Source of the DNA: Wolbachia endosymbiont of Drosophila innubila
Lineage (GTDB): Bacteria > Pseudomonadota > Alphaproteobacteria > Rickettsiales > Anaplasmataceae
Direction of reading: 5' to 3'
Length of the DNA: 32,000 nucleotides
Assembly (NCBI RefSeq): GCF_021378375.1
Contig: NZ_CP076228.1
Coordinates: 1 to 32,000, forward strand
The translations under genes and the position numbers were made by a program. This document shows, one piece after another, positions 8,117 through 16,174 of this stretch. The notes under the pieces were generated by a model. It was not told the origin of the DNA. It searched no databases and was given only the letters and a program-made list of their open reading frames with translations. Numbering within the stretch: position 1 is the first letter of the stretch; every line of letters starts with the position of its first letter.

Positions 8117-10120
8117 ATGAGTAATAGAAATCACCTACGTAATATTCTCATAGGAGGTGTAGTAGCTTTTAGCGTACTTGAGTTTTGCTTCTATCTATCT
8201 GGTATATTGTTTGTTCTGTTTGCTGATGGTCCGGATGCTGTGGATTTTAAGGCAATTAATCCTAGTTTGACGCCTTTCCCTCAAGCTCTTTGGCCAACGA
8301 TTTTTGATCATATACAATATTGTTGGCATCATCCAGAGTTATATAGCCTTGAGCTCAAAATCACATTAATTATATCTTCTGCACTGCCTATCATTGTTTT
8401 AATGATTATCTTATGGAATTTAAGAGAAAGGATAATTGAGTGGCGACCATTTAAAAAGAAGGAATCACTTCATGGAGATTCGCAGTGGGCATCAGAGAAA
8501 GACATACGAAAAGCAGGATTAAGAAGCAAAAAGGGATTATTGCTTGGTAAAGATAAAAGAGGATACTTCATTTCTGATAGGTTTCAGCATGCATTGTTAT
8601 TTGCACCTACAGGTTCTGGTAAGGGTGTTGGCTTTGTAATTCCTAATTTATTATTTTGGACTGACTCGGTAATTGTACACGACATAAAATTAGAAAACTA
8701 TGAAATAACAAGTGGTTGGCGAGAACGACAAGGACAAAAAGTATACGTATGGAATCCAGCGCAGCCAGATGGAATAAGTCACTGTTACAATCCATTACAA
8801 TGGATTAGTGAAAAACCTGGGCAGATGGTTGACGATGTGCAGAAAATAGCTAACCTAATCATGCCTGAACAAGACTTTTGGCAGAATGAAGCAAGAAGCT
8901 TATTTGTTGGAGTGGTATTATACTTACTTGCTGCACCAGAGAAAGTTAAATCTTTTGGTGAAGTTGTGCGTACGATGCGTAGTGATGACGTGGTTTATAA
9001 TCTTGCTGTTGCTCTTGATACAATGGGTAAAATACTACACCCTGTAGCATATATGAATATTGCAGCTTTTTTACAAAAAGCTGATAAAGAAAGGTCAGGT
9101 GTTGTATCAACCATGAACTCATCACTTGAATTGTGGGTAAACCCATTGATTGATACTGCAACTGCGTCAAGTGATTTTAATATTCTAGATTTTAAAAAGA
9201 AGAAAATTACAGTTTATGTTGGTTTAACTCCTGACAACTTGACTAGGCTCAGGCCTTTAATGCAGGTTTTTTACCAACAGGCAACTGAGTTTTTATGTAG
9301 AAAATTGCCATCGGATGACGAGCCTTATGGCGTATTGTTTTTAATGGATGAGTTTCCTACACTTGGAAAAATGGAGCAATTTCAAACAGGTATTGCATAT
9401 TTTCGTGGTTATCGAGTTAGGTTATTCTTAATTGTTCAAGATACTGAGCAGCTCAAAGGAATATACGAAGAAGCAGGGATGAACTCCTTTTTGTCAAACT
9501 CGACTTACAGAATAACTTTTGCAGCCAATAATATTGAAACAGCTAATTTAATATCGCAACTTATAGGAAACAAAACTGTACAACAAGAATCGTTGAATAA
9601 GCCTAAATTTTTAGATTTAAATCCTGCTTCAAGGTCATTACATATCTCTGAAATACAGAGAGCATTGCTATTGCCTCAAGAAGTTATTATGTTGCCACGT
9701 GACGATCAGATAATTTTAATAGAGTCGACTTACCCAATTAAATCAAAGAAAATTTTGTACTACAGTGATACCACCTTCACAAGAAGGCTGCTCAAACAAA
9801 CTCGTGTGCCTACACAAGAACCATATGACCCAAACAAAGTTCTTTCTGCCGCTGCGAGCAAAGATAAGGTTAATAACGAGGGGAATAATGTTCTTGAGGG
9901 ACCTAATTCAGTTGATTATCCTGCTGAAACTAAAACCGAAGATGCAGTATATGATGAATCAGATGAATTTGCAGACGAAGATATTGATGATGAAGATATC
10001 GACGATAAGTTTGAAGATGATGACGAGGAAGATGAGGATAGGAGCGATGATGGGTTTGATGACGAAGAAGAGGAGGATGAATTTGAAGATGAGGATAAAT
10101 TAAAAAATGACGAGAAGTAA
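8117..10120 (+). CDS. virD4: Type IV coupling protein VirD4 with a long acidic C-terminal tail
   Basis: 667 aa. Two N-terminal TM helices, Walker A APTGSGKGVG, Walker B VLFLMDEFPTLG. The last 55 or so residues are almost pure Asp/Glu. Confidence 0.95.
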   Translation: MSNRNHLRNILIGGVVAFSVLEFCFYLSGILFVLFADGPDAVDFKAINPSLTPFPQALWPTIFDHIQYCWHHPELYSLELKITLIISSALPIIVLMIILWNLRERIIEWRPFKKKESLHGDSQWASEKDIRKAGLRSKKGLLLGKDKRGYFISDRFQHALLFAPTGSGKGVGFVIPNLLFWTDSVIVHDIKLENYEITSGWRERQGQKVYVWNPAQPDGISHCYNPLQWISEKPGQMVDDVQKIANLIMPEQDFWQNEARSLFVGVVLYLLAAPEKVKSFGEVVRTMRSDDVVYNLAVALDTMGKILHPVAYMNIAAFLQKADKERSGVVSTMNSSLELWVNPLIDTATASSDFNILDFKKKKITVYVGLTPDNLTRLRPLMQVFYQQATEFLCRKLPSDDEPYGVLFLMDEFPTLGKMEQFQTGIAYFRGYRVRLFLIVQDTEQLKGIYEEAGMNSFLSNSTYRITFAANNIETANLISQLIGNKTVQQESLNKPKFLDLNPASRSLHISEIQRALLLPQEVIMLPRDDQIILIESTYPIKSKKILYYSDTTFTRRLLKQTRVPTQEPYDPNKVLSAAASKDKVNNEGNNVLEGPNSVDYPAETKTEDAVYDESDEFADEDIDDEDIDDKFEDDDEEDEDRSDDGFDDEEEEDEFEDEDKLKNDEK

Positions 10121-10241
10121 GGTTAACTTTGCCTATTTTTAGCTCAGAAAAGTGCAAGTTATGCAAATAATTAGGTTTTTCATATTAAGCCATTTTTAAT
10201 TAATTAGTATTAGATTAGCTATTTTAACTAGGGGAGTAGTA

Positions 10242-11090
10242 ATGATTAGTAAAAAAACATTAGCGGTTACAGCATTTGCTTTATTGTTGTCACAACAATC
10301 TTTTGCAAGTGAAACAGAAGGGTTTTACTTTGGTAGTGGGTATTACGGTCAATATTTAAATAACACAAGCGTACTAAAAACAAGCACTACAGGTATCAAA
10401 AATTTGTCTATAAATGACAGGGGTGCTCAGAACACAGAAGGTCAGTCACTAAGTGAGTATAAAGGAGATTATAATCCACCTTTTGCTGCAAATGTGGCAT
10501 TTGGTTACACAGGGGAATTGGGTAACAACAGCTATAGGGCTGAATTGGAAGGGATGTATTCTTCTGTAAAAGTGGATAATATTGGTTTAACAAGTAGCCA
10601 AATAACTGTTTCATACCTAAAGGAGACTGATGAGGATTCTGATAAAAAAACTTATCTCTATGGTGCTGCAGTTAGTCATGACCAAATTGAGAACATATCT
10701 GTAATGGCAAATGTTTATCATCATTGGAAAAGTGACCGTTTCTCTTTTTCTCCTTACGTTGGTATTGGGATCGGTGCAACAAGAATGACGATGTTTGAAA
10801 AACCGTCAATAAGACCCGCAGGTCAATTAAAAGCTGGCTTTGACTATCGCATAAACGAAGATGTAAATATGCATATCGGATATAGAGGTTTTGGTGCTAT
10901 TGGTAGCGATATTAAGCTTACAGCAAAAAGGTTAGGACAAGTGGTAGACGACTTTAATAATAATAAAAAAAAGAAGCTTAATCCTAGCTCAGGTAGCAAA
11001 GTAACTGAGGAAATAAATATAGGTAATCAACTATTTCACACACACGGTATAGAGGCTGGTCTTACTTTCCATTTTGCCAGCAAAGCTTAA
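10242..11090 (+). CDS. wspB: WSP/Msp4-family outer-membrane beta-barrel protein (Wolbachia surface protein paralogue B position)
   Basis: 282 aa. Signal peptide MISKKTLAVTAFALLLSQQSFA|SE. Alternating-hydrophobic beta-strand pattern with a C-terminal GIEAGLTFHF-type strand. Good SD (AGGGGAG) 6 nt upstream. It sits directly after virD4, the position reported for wspB. Confidence 0.8.
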   Translation: MISKKTLAVTAFALLLSQQSFASETEGFYFGSGYYGQYLNNTSVLKTSTTGIKNLSINDRGAQNTEGQSLSEYKGDYNPPFAANVAFGYTGELGNNSYRAELEGMYSSVKVDNIGLTSSQITVSYLKETDEDSDKKTYLYGAAVSHDQIENISVMANVYHHWKSDRFSFSPYVGIGIGATRMTMFEKPSIRPAGQLKAGFDYRINEDVNMHIGYRGFGAIGSDIKLTAKRLGQVVDDFNNNKKKKLNPSSGSKVTEEINIGNQLFHTHGIEAGLTFHFASKA

Positions 11091-11131
11091 ACATGTTGCC
11101 CTTTAAAAAATGCATAAAACCGTTCCTGTCG

Positions 11132-11152
11132 TCCTATGGCTTGACCATAGGA
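11132..11152. repeat. Stem-loop TCCTATGG-CTTGA-CCATAGGA (member of the CTTGA/TCAAG-loop family)
   Basis: Perfect 8-bp inverted repeat around a CTTGA loop, in the wspB/prmC convergent spacer. Confidence 0.8.
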
Positions 11153-11167
11153 TCTAGTGAAATATAG

Positions 11168-11192
11168 ATCCAAGTAGTCACGCTACTTGGAT
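11168..11192. repeat. Stem-loop ATCCAAGTAG-TCACG-CTACTTGGAT
   Basis: Perfect 10-bp inverted repeat. The stem sequence is the same as the hairpin at 12209-12235. It is followed by GGTACTGGGATGAT (11206-11219), an inverted relative of the TGTCATCCCAGTGCC motif. Confidence 0.8.
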
Positions 11193-11254
11193 GACTAGGT
11201 AGAGGGTACTGGGATGATATAGGATAATATGGGATGAAGGCAAAAAAACATTAG

Positions 11255-12094
11255 CTATGTTCTTTTCACAACAATGCATCTCTTCATTCCCGCTAAGTCA
11301 TATACATATTCCTGAAAAGCTAATTCGTATGAGGGGATTATTTTGTCAATATTGCTTTGATCTTCACCTATCTCCAATATCGCAAACCCATTTTTTTTAA
11401 GGCACTTTCTCAATATTGGAAAAATGCTCAAGTAACAGCTCAAACCATCAATACCACCATCAAGGGCAATTCTTGGTTCCTTTTGCACTTCAGCTTGCAA
11501 GTCTTTCAATTTGCTTCTTTTAATATATGGAGGATTACTGATTATAAGATCGAATGAACCTCTGCACTCTGTCCACGAACTTGGAAATATTTTGGCTCTG
11601 CTGAGAAGATCATGTTTTTTTGTGTTCTGATAGGCAACTTTATATGCTTCCAAGCTTTTTTCAAAACCGACGCCAACAGCATATTCATACTCACTAAGTA
11701 CGGATATCAATAAACAACCTGTGCCTGTACCAAAATCTGCAATTTTTAGTTTCTGTTTTTTGTTTGGGTAATATTTTAACACTGCTAGGATTATTGTTTC
11801 ACTATCTGGCCTTGGATCTAAAACATGCTGGTTAACTATAAAATTTTTACTCCAGAATTCACGATTACCTATTATTTGCGATATTGGATATCTTTCCGCT
11901 CTTTTTTTTGTTAATTTCCAAAATAAAAGTTCTTTCTCCATCGGCACTTGATCAGCATGGTTCACAATTATAAATGATCTTTCCACTCCAAGTACGTGCT
12001 GCATGATGATTTCACAATCTAAATGTGGTGATTCAACTTTATGTGACGATAATAACTCCGATCCTTCTTGAATTAAAGTGCTGATTGTTTTCAT
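11255..12094 (-). CDS. prmC: Peptide chain release factor N5-glutamine methyltransferase (HemK/PrmC)
   Basis: 279 aa. SAM-binding motif DFGTGTGC, catalytic NPPY (IISNPPYI), and a HemK-type N-terminal domain. Confidence 0.9.
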   Translation of the reverse strand: MKTISTLIQEGSELLSSHKVESPHLDCEIIMQHVLGVERSFIIVNHADQVPMEKELLFWKLTKKRAERYPISQIIGNREFWSKNFIVNQHVLDPRPDSETIILAVLKYYPNKKQKLKIADFGTGTGCLLISVLSEYEYAVGVGFEKSLEAYKVAYQNTKKHDLLSRAKIFPSSWTECRGSFDLIISNPPYIKRSKLKDLQAEVQKEPRIALDGGIDGLSCYLSIFPILRKCLKKNGFAILEIGEDQSNIDKIIPSYELAFQEYVYDLAGMKRCIVVKRT

Positions 12095-12208
12095 TATTCT
12101 AAAAATATGTTTCTTTCAGCCAAAAATAGCAAGATGAGCTTCCAGTTTAGGGTAGCTGCACTAAATCCCAGTGTCAAGCACGCAGCTGTACGAACATTGC
12201 AATTTGCA

Positions 12209-12235
12209 GATCCAAGTAGCTTGACTACTTGGATC
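12209..12235. repeat. Stem-loop GATCCAAGTAG-CTTGA-CTACTTGGATC
   Basis: Perfect 11-bp inverted repeat with a CTTGA loop. Confidence 0.85.
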
Positions 12236-12340
12236 CAGCTAAGTTGGTGAGCATAAAAGTATAGCTAATGCGAGCTTTACGTCATACCGTCACGGTATCT
12301 CTAGATTCCGCTAACACGTAGCGGGACGACGAGGTCAGGG

Positions 12341-12464
12341 TGTCATCCTAGTACCTTCTCCTGTCATCCCAGTGCCCTGACTACTTGGATCCAGGAAAAA
12401 GAATGGTGTCATCCAAGTAGCCTCCCTCCCCTGTCATCCCAGTGCCCAGACACTGAGATCCAGA
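12341..12464 (+). repeat. Cluster of four TGTCATCC-headed units
   Basis: Units start at 12341 (TGTCATCCTAGTACCTTCTCC), 12363 (TGTCATCCCAGTGCCCTGACTACTTGGATCCAGG), 12407 (TGTCATCCAAGTAGCCTCCCTCCCC) and 12433 (TGTCATCCCAGTGCCCAGACACTGAGATCCAG). Spacing is irregular (22, 44 and 26 nt). Confidence 0.8.
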
Positions 12465-12466
12465 AA

Positions 12467-12490
12467 AGTTTGCTTGTAAGCAAGCAAACT
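12467..12490. repeat. Stem-loop AGTTTGCTTG-TAAG-CAAGCAAACT
   Basis: Perfect 10-bp inverted repeat with a 4-nt loop. There is no plus-strand T tract after it. On the minus strand it is followed by TTTTCTGG. Confidence 0.7.
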
Positions 12491-12540
12491 AGCACAGAAA
12501 GTGGTTACAACATTTTCGATGAGATTATATGGAAAACTGG

Positions 12541-12563
12541 ATTCCAGTGTCAAGCACTGGAAT
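12541..12563. repeat. Stem-loop ATTCCAGTG-TCAAG-CACTGGAAT
   Basis: Perfect 9-bp inverted repeat whose loop TCAAG is the complement of CTTGA. A half-copy, CCCAGTGTCAAGCAC, lies at 12167-12181. Confidence 0.85.
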
Positions 12564-12598
12564 GACACCTTCCTGCCCAGTTCATGTTGCCATAAATA

Positions 12599-12765
12599 TT
12601 AAGAAATTTACCAAGCAAAAAAAAGGCAAAAGAAGCCCTAGTCATTGTCTATTTTCAGTATTGGCGTTTTTTAAGTCTTAAACACTGCAATTTAGCTGCT
12701 TTTAAATGCAACTCACCTTAGTTTAAATGTTTAAGAAATTTACTAAGCAAAAAAAAGGCAAAAGA
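12599..12765 (+). repeat. Two 35-nt direct repeats (34/35 identical) heading a degenerate tandem duplication of about 130-145 bp
   Basis: TTAAGAAATTTACCAAGCAAAAAAAAGGCAAAAGA at 12599-12633 and TTAAGAAATTTACTAAGCAAAAAAAAGGCAAAAGA at 12731-12765. Each is followed at a similar distance by ATTGGCGT (12660, 12805) and GTCTTAAAC (12675, 12821). Confidence 0.85.
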
Positions 12766-13137
12766 TATCCCGTATTAGCTAGTTGTCACTCTCTAATCTT
12801 GCAAATTGGCGTACTATACTGTCTTAAACGCTTTATAAGCGCGTTTCAGCTTATATAGGTAAAAACCCAGAAATGTTGTGAAGAAGTAAAGTGTGCATAG
12901 TGCAAAAAATTAAAAATAAGACGCCAATTACGTAATACTGTTGTCATTTAATCTGCACAGATTGAAGATAAATGAATACCTTCAGTACCATGATAATGGG
13001 GCTGGCGAAGGGTGTCAAGTAAGTTTTTTCGTTTCTACTGAATGACAGTTGTGGCTTGGGAGGTAGTGCAAGAAGTCTACTGATGGCTTTCAAGGCAGTT
13101 GAGCTTAATTATTAGAGTAGTAATGTTTATTTTTATA

Positions 13138-13166
13138 TTGACTATTGAGGTTTATTATTTTATAAC
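13138..13166 (+). promoter_or_regulatory. Candidate sigma70-type promoter for the rpsL-led gene string
   Basis: TTGACT (13138-13143), a 17-nt spacer, then TATAAC (13161-13166), about 40 nt upstream of the rpsL ATG. It is the only good -35/-10 pair I see close to rpsL. Sequence match only. Confidence 0.4.
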
Positions 13167-13206
13167 TAAAAACTTAGTTATTTTAATGAGCTTGAGTTTA
13201 TAACAT

Positions 13207-13581
13207 ATGCCTACGATAAATCAATTAATACGTAAGGGTAGATTAGGATTGACCCATAAGAAAAAGGTACCAGCTTTGGGAGAAAGCAACCCTCAAAGGA
13301 GAGGTGTTTGCACTAAGGTGTATACTACAACTCCTAGAAAGCCTAACTCAGCACTCCGTAAAGTAGCCAGAGTAAAAATTAGTGGGTATGGTGAAGTGAC
13401 GGCTTATATACCTGGTGAAGGTCATAATTTACAAGAACACTCTGTTGTTTTGATACGTGGTGGGCGGGTTAAAGATTTGCCAGGTGTGCGTTATCACATA
13501 ATAAGAGGTGCCCTTGATCTGCGTGGTGTGCAAAATCGAAAGAAAGCTCGTTCAAAATATGGTGTAAAGAAATCTGGTTAA
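13207..13581 (+). CDS. rpsL: 30S ribosomal protein S12
   Basis: 124 aa: [12 protein letters not shown]...[11 protein letters not shown]...[13 protein letters not shown]. Highly conserved family sequence. Confidence 0.98.
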
Positions 13582-13586
13582 AGTTT

Positions 13587-14066
13587 ATGGCTCGTCGGAA
13601 TAAAGCAAAAAAAAGAGAAATAAGTCCTGATTCGCGTTACGGCAGTGTTTTGCTGATGCGTTTCATTAATACAATCATGAAATGTGGTAAAAAATCTACT
13701 GCAGAAAAGATTATCTATGACGCTTTGTCTTTAGCTGAAAAGAAAATAGGCGAAGGTGGGTTATCAATTTTTGAGACAGCAGTAGGAAATGTTACTCCTT
13801 CTATAGAAGTGCGTTCTCGACGCATTGGTGGTGCAACTTATCAAGTACCTGTTGAAGTTCGACAAGATAGAGCGGTTTCTTTAGCGTTAAGGTGGATTGC
13901 TAAAGCAACTTCTGCTGCTCGAAAAAAGAGTGGAAAAACCACTGTTGATTGTTTGCAATCTGAAATACTGGATGCTTATAATAAACGCGGTGGTGCGTTT
14001 AAGATGTGCGAAGAAAAATATAAAATGGCTGAAGCTAATAAGGCATTTTCTCATCTTCGTTTTTAA
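13587..14066 (+). CDS. rpsG: 30S ribosomal protein S7
   Basis: 159 aa: MARR...KSTAEKI...[20 protein letters not shown]. The start is 5 nt after rpsL. Confidence 0.97.
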
Positions 14067-14087
14067 TGTTAGCTAATTAATTGTGAT

Positions 14088-16163
14088 ATGGAAATTGGAA
14101 TATCTAAATACAGAAATATAGGGATAATGGCTCACATAGATGCTGGTAAGACTACCACAACAGAGCGTATTTTATTTTATACTGGTAAGCAAAATAGAAT
14201 TGGTGAAGTGCACGATGGTGCAGCTTCTATGGATTGGATGGAGCAGGAAAAAGAGCGTGGTATTACAATCACATCTGCTGCAACAACATGTTTTTGGAAT
14301 GATCATAGGGTCAATATAATAGACACTCCTGGTCACGTTGATTTCACTATTGAAGTTGAGAGATCTTTAAGGGTTTTGGATGGTGCAGTTGCTGTATTTG
14401 ATGGAGTTGCTGGAGTTGAACCTCAATCTGAGACAGTGTGGCGTCAAGCTGATAAATATAGCGTTCCTCGTATCTGCTTTGTTAATAAGATGGATAGAAT
14501 AGGGGCAAATTTTTATCGATGTGTTGATATGATAAAGACGAAGCTTGGTGCAGCACCTTTAGTTATTCATTTACCAATAGGGAGTGAGAAAGATTTCAAA
14601 GGTATAATTGACCTTATTTCTATGAAAGCCATTATATGGCAAGAAGAAACGTTGGGCGCTAAATTTTCTTATGAAGATATTCCTTCTGATTTGCTTGATA
14701 AGGCTCAAGAATATCGAAATCTTTTATTAGATGCTGCAGCTGAGATGGATGATGAAGCGATGAATACTTACTTTGAGTCTAATGATCTGCCAGTGGATTT
14801 ACTGAAAAAATGCGTGAGAAATGGGACCATTAAAGGAAAATTTGTTCCTGTGTTATGTGGATCAGCTTTTAAAAATAAAGGCGTACAACCACTTTTAGAT
14901 GGTGTGATTGACTTTTTACCTTCTCCTATTGATGTTGATGTAATTGTTGGAATTGATCCTAAAGATTCAGAAAAGAAAATTGAGGTCAAACCTTCAGAAA
15001 AAGAGAAATTTGTTGCTCTTGCATTTAAAGTGATGACGGATAAATTTGTAGGCAGCTTGACGTTTATCCGTATTTATTCTGGTAAATTAAAGTCTAAATC
15101 TACCATTTCAAATGCGTTAAAAAACGAAACTGAAGGGATTGGCAGAATGTTACTTATGCATGCAAATAACCGAGAAGATATAACTGAGGCTAGGGCTGGA
15201 GATATAGTTGCTTTAGTTGGGCTAAAGAAAACAACCACCGGAGATACTTTATGTTCTGTTGATTTTCCTATATTATTGGAGCGTATGGAATTTCCTGAGC
15301 CTGTTATTGAAATTGCTGTAGAACCTAAAACCACTTCAGATCAGGAAAAATTAGGTATTGCTCTAAATAGGTTGGTTGCAGAAGATCCTTCTTTGAGAAT
15401 GTCAGTAAATGCGGAAAGTGGCCAGACTATATTGAAAGGCATGGGTGAGCTCCATCTTGAGATTATTGTTGATAGAATGAAGCGCGAATTTAACATTGAG
15501 GCTAATGTCGGTGCTCCTCAGGTTGCATATCGTGAAACTATCACTAAATCTGTTGAAATTGATTACACTCATAAAAAACAATCTGGTGGAGCTGGTCAGT
15601 TTGCTAAGGTTAAAATAAAATTTGAACCTCTTGAGCCTGGTTCTGGGTTTCAATTTGAAAGTAAAATTGTAGGTGGTGCTATTCCAAAAGAGTATATTCC
15701 TGGGGTAGAAAATGGCTTGGAGTTGATAAAAGAAGGTGGTATAATTTCGGGATTTCCGTTGATTGATTTTAAGGCTACCCTTCTTGATGGTGCTTTTCAT
15801 GAGGTTGATTCTAGTCCTTTAGCTTTTGAACTTGCTGCTAAAGGTGCTTTTAAAGAGATGGCAAATAAAGCTGGTCCAAAAATGCTGGAGCCTATAATGA
15901 AAGTTGAAATCATTACTCCTGAAGAATATATGGGTGATGTTATGGGTGATATAAATAGTAGAAGAGGAAATGTTGCTGATATGCTCGATTTAGGTAATAA
16001 TAGTAAAATAATTACTGCTTCGGTACCTCTTGCAAATATGTTTGGTTATATCAACGTTTTGCGTTCTATGTCTCAGGGAAGGGCGCAGTATAGTATGCAT
16101 TTTTCTTGTTATGAGCAAGTGCCACAATATGTGGTTGATGAGTTAAAGTTAGAGTATAATTAA
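14088..16163 (+). CDS. fusA: Translation elongation factor G
   Basis: 691 aa. G1 [10 protein letters not shown]3 DTPGHVDF, G4 NKMD. Domains II-V are recognisable. Confidence 0.98.
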   Translation: MEIGISKYRNIGIMAHIDAGKTTTTERILFYTGKQNRIGEVHDGAASMDWMEQEKERGITITSAATTCFWNDHRVNIIDTPGHVDFTIEVERSLRVLDGAVAVFDGVAGVEPQSETVWRQADKYSVPRICFVNKMDRIGANFYRCVDMIKTKLGAAPLVIHLPIGSEKDFKGIIDLISMKAIIWQEETLGAKFSYEDIPSDLLDKAQEYRNLLLDAAAEMDDEAMNTYFESNDLPVDLLKKCVRNGTIKGKFVPVLCGSAFKNKGVQPLLDGVIDFLPSPIDVDVIVGIDPKDSEKKIEVKPSEKEKFVALAFKVMTDKFVGSLTFIRIYSGKLKSKSTISNALKNETEGIGRMLLMHANNREDITEARAGDIVALVGLKKTTTGDTLCSVDFPILLERMEFPEPVIEIAVEPKTTSDQEKLGIALNRLVAEDPSLRMSVNAESGQTILKGMGELHLEIIVDRMKREFNIEANVGAPQVAYRETITKSVEIDYTHKKQSGGAGQFAKVKIKFEPLEPGSGFQFESKIVGGAIPKEYIPGVENGLELIKEGGIISGFPLIDFKATLLDGAFHEVDSSPLAFELAAKGAFKEMANKAGPKMLEPIMKVEIITPEEYMGDVMGDINSRRGNVADMLDLGNNSKIITASVPLANMFGYINVLRSMSQGRAQYSMHFSCYEQVPQYVVDELKLEYN

Positions 16164-16174
16164 GGGTAATAATT

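Noticed and set aside
9765-10166. ORFs 9765-10103 (+, 112 aa) and 9930-10166 (-, 78 aa) overlapping the 3' end of virD4.
   Set aside because: Both lie in the GAT/GAA low-complexity tract that encodes the acidic VirD4 tail. Their translations are repetitive Met/Lys/Ile or His/Leu/Arg strings typical of off-frame reading of such repeats.
10965-10972. An A8 homopolymer inside wspB (NNNKKKKL) as a phase-variation or slippage switch for a surface protein.
   Set aside because: A- and T-runs of 7-8 nt are common throughout this AT-rich window, for example in rpsG and the intergenic 35-mers. The frame is intact here, so there is no evidence of variation from a single sequence.
12341-12464. Possible CRISPR array, because of the repeated TGTCATCC-headed units.
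   Set aside because: The units are short and imperfect with irregular spacing (22, 44 and 26 nt). There is no constant repeat length or unique spacers, and no cas genes are in the window. They belong to the palindromic intergenic repeat family instead.
12467-12490. The hairpin AGTTTGCTTG-TAAG-CAAGCAAACT as an intrinsic terminator.
   Set aside because: There is no T tract on the plus strand. On the minus strand it is followed by TTTTCTGG, but there is no upstream minus-strand gene to terminate, since rpsL is on the plus strand. I kept it only as a repeat or structure feature.
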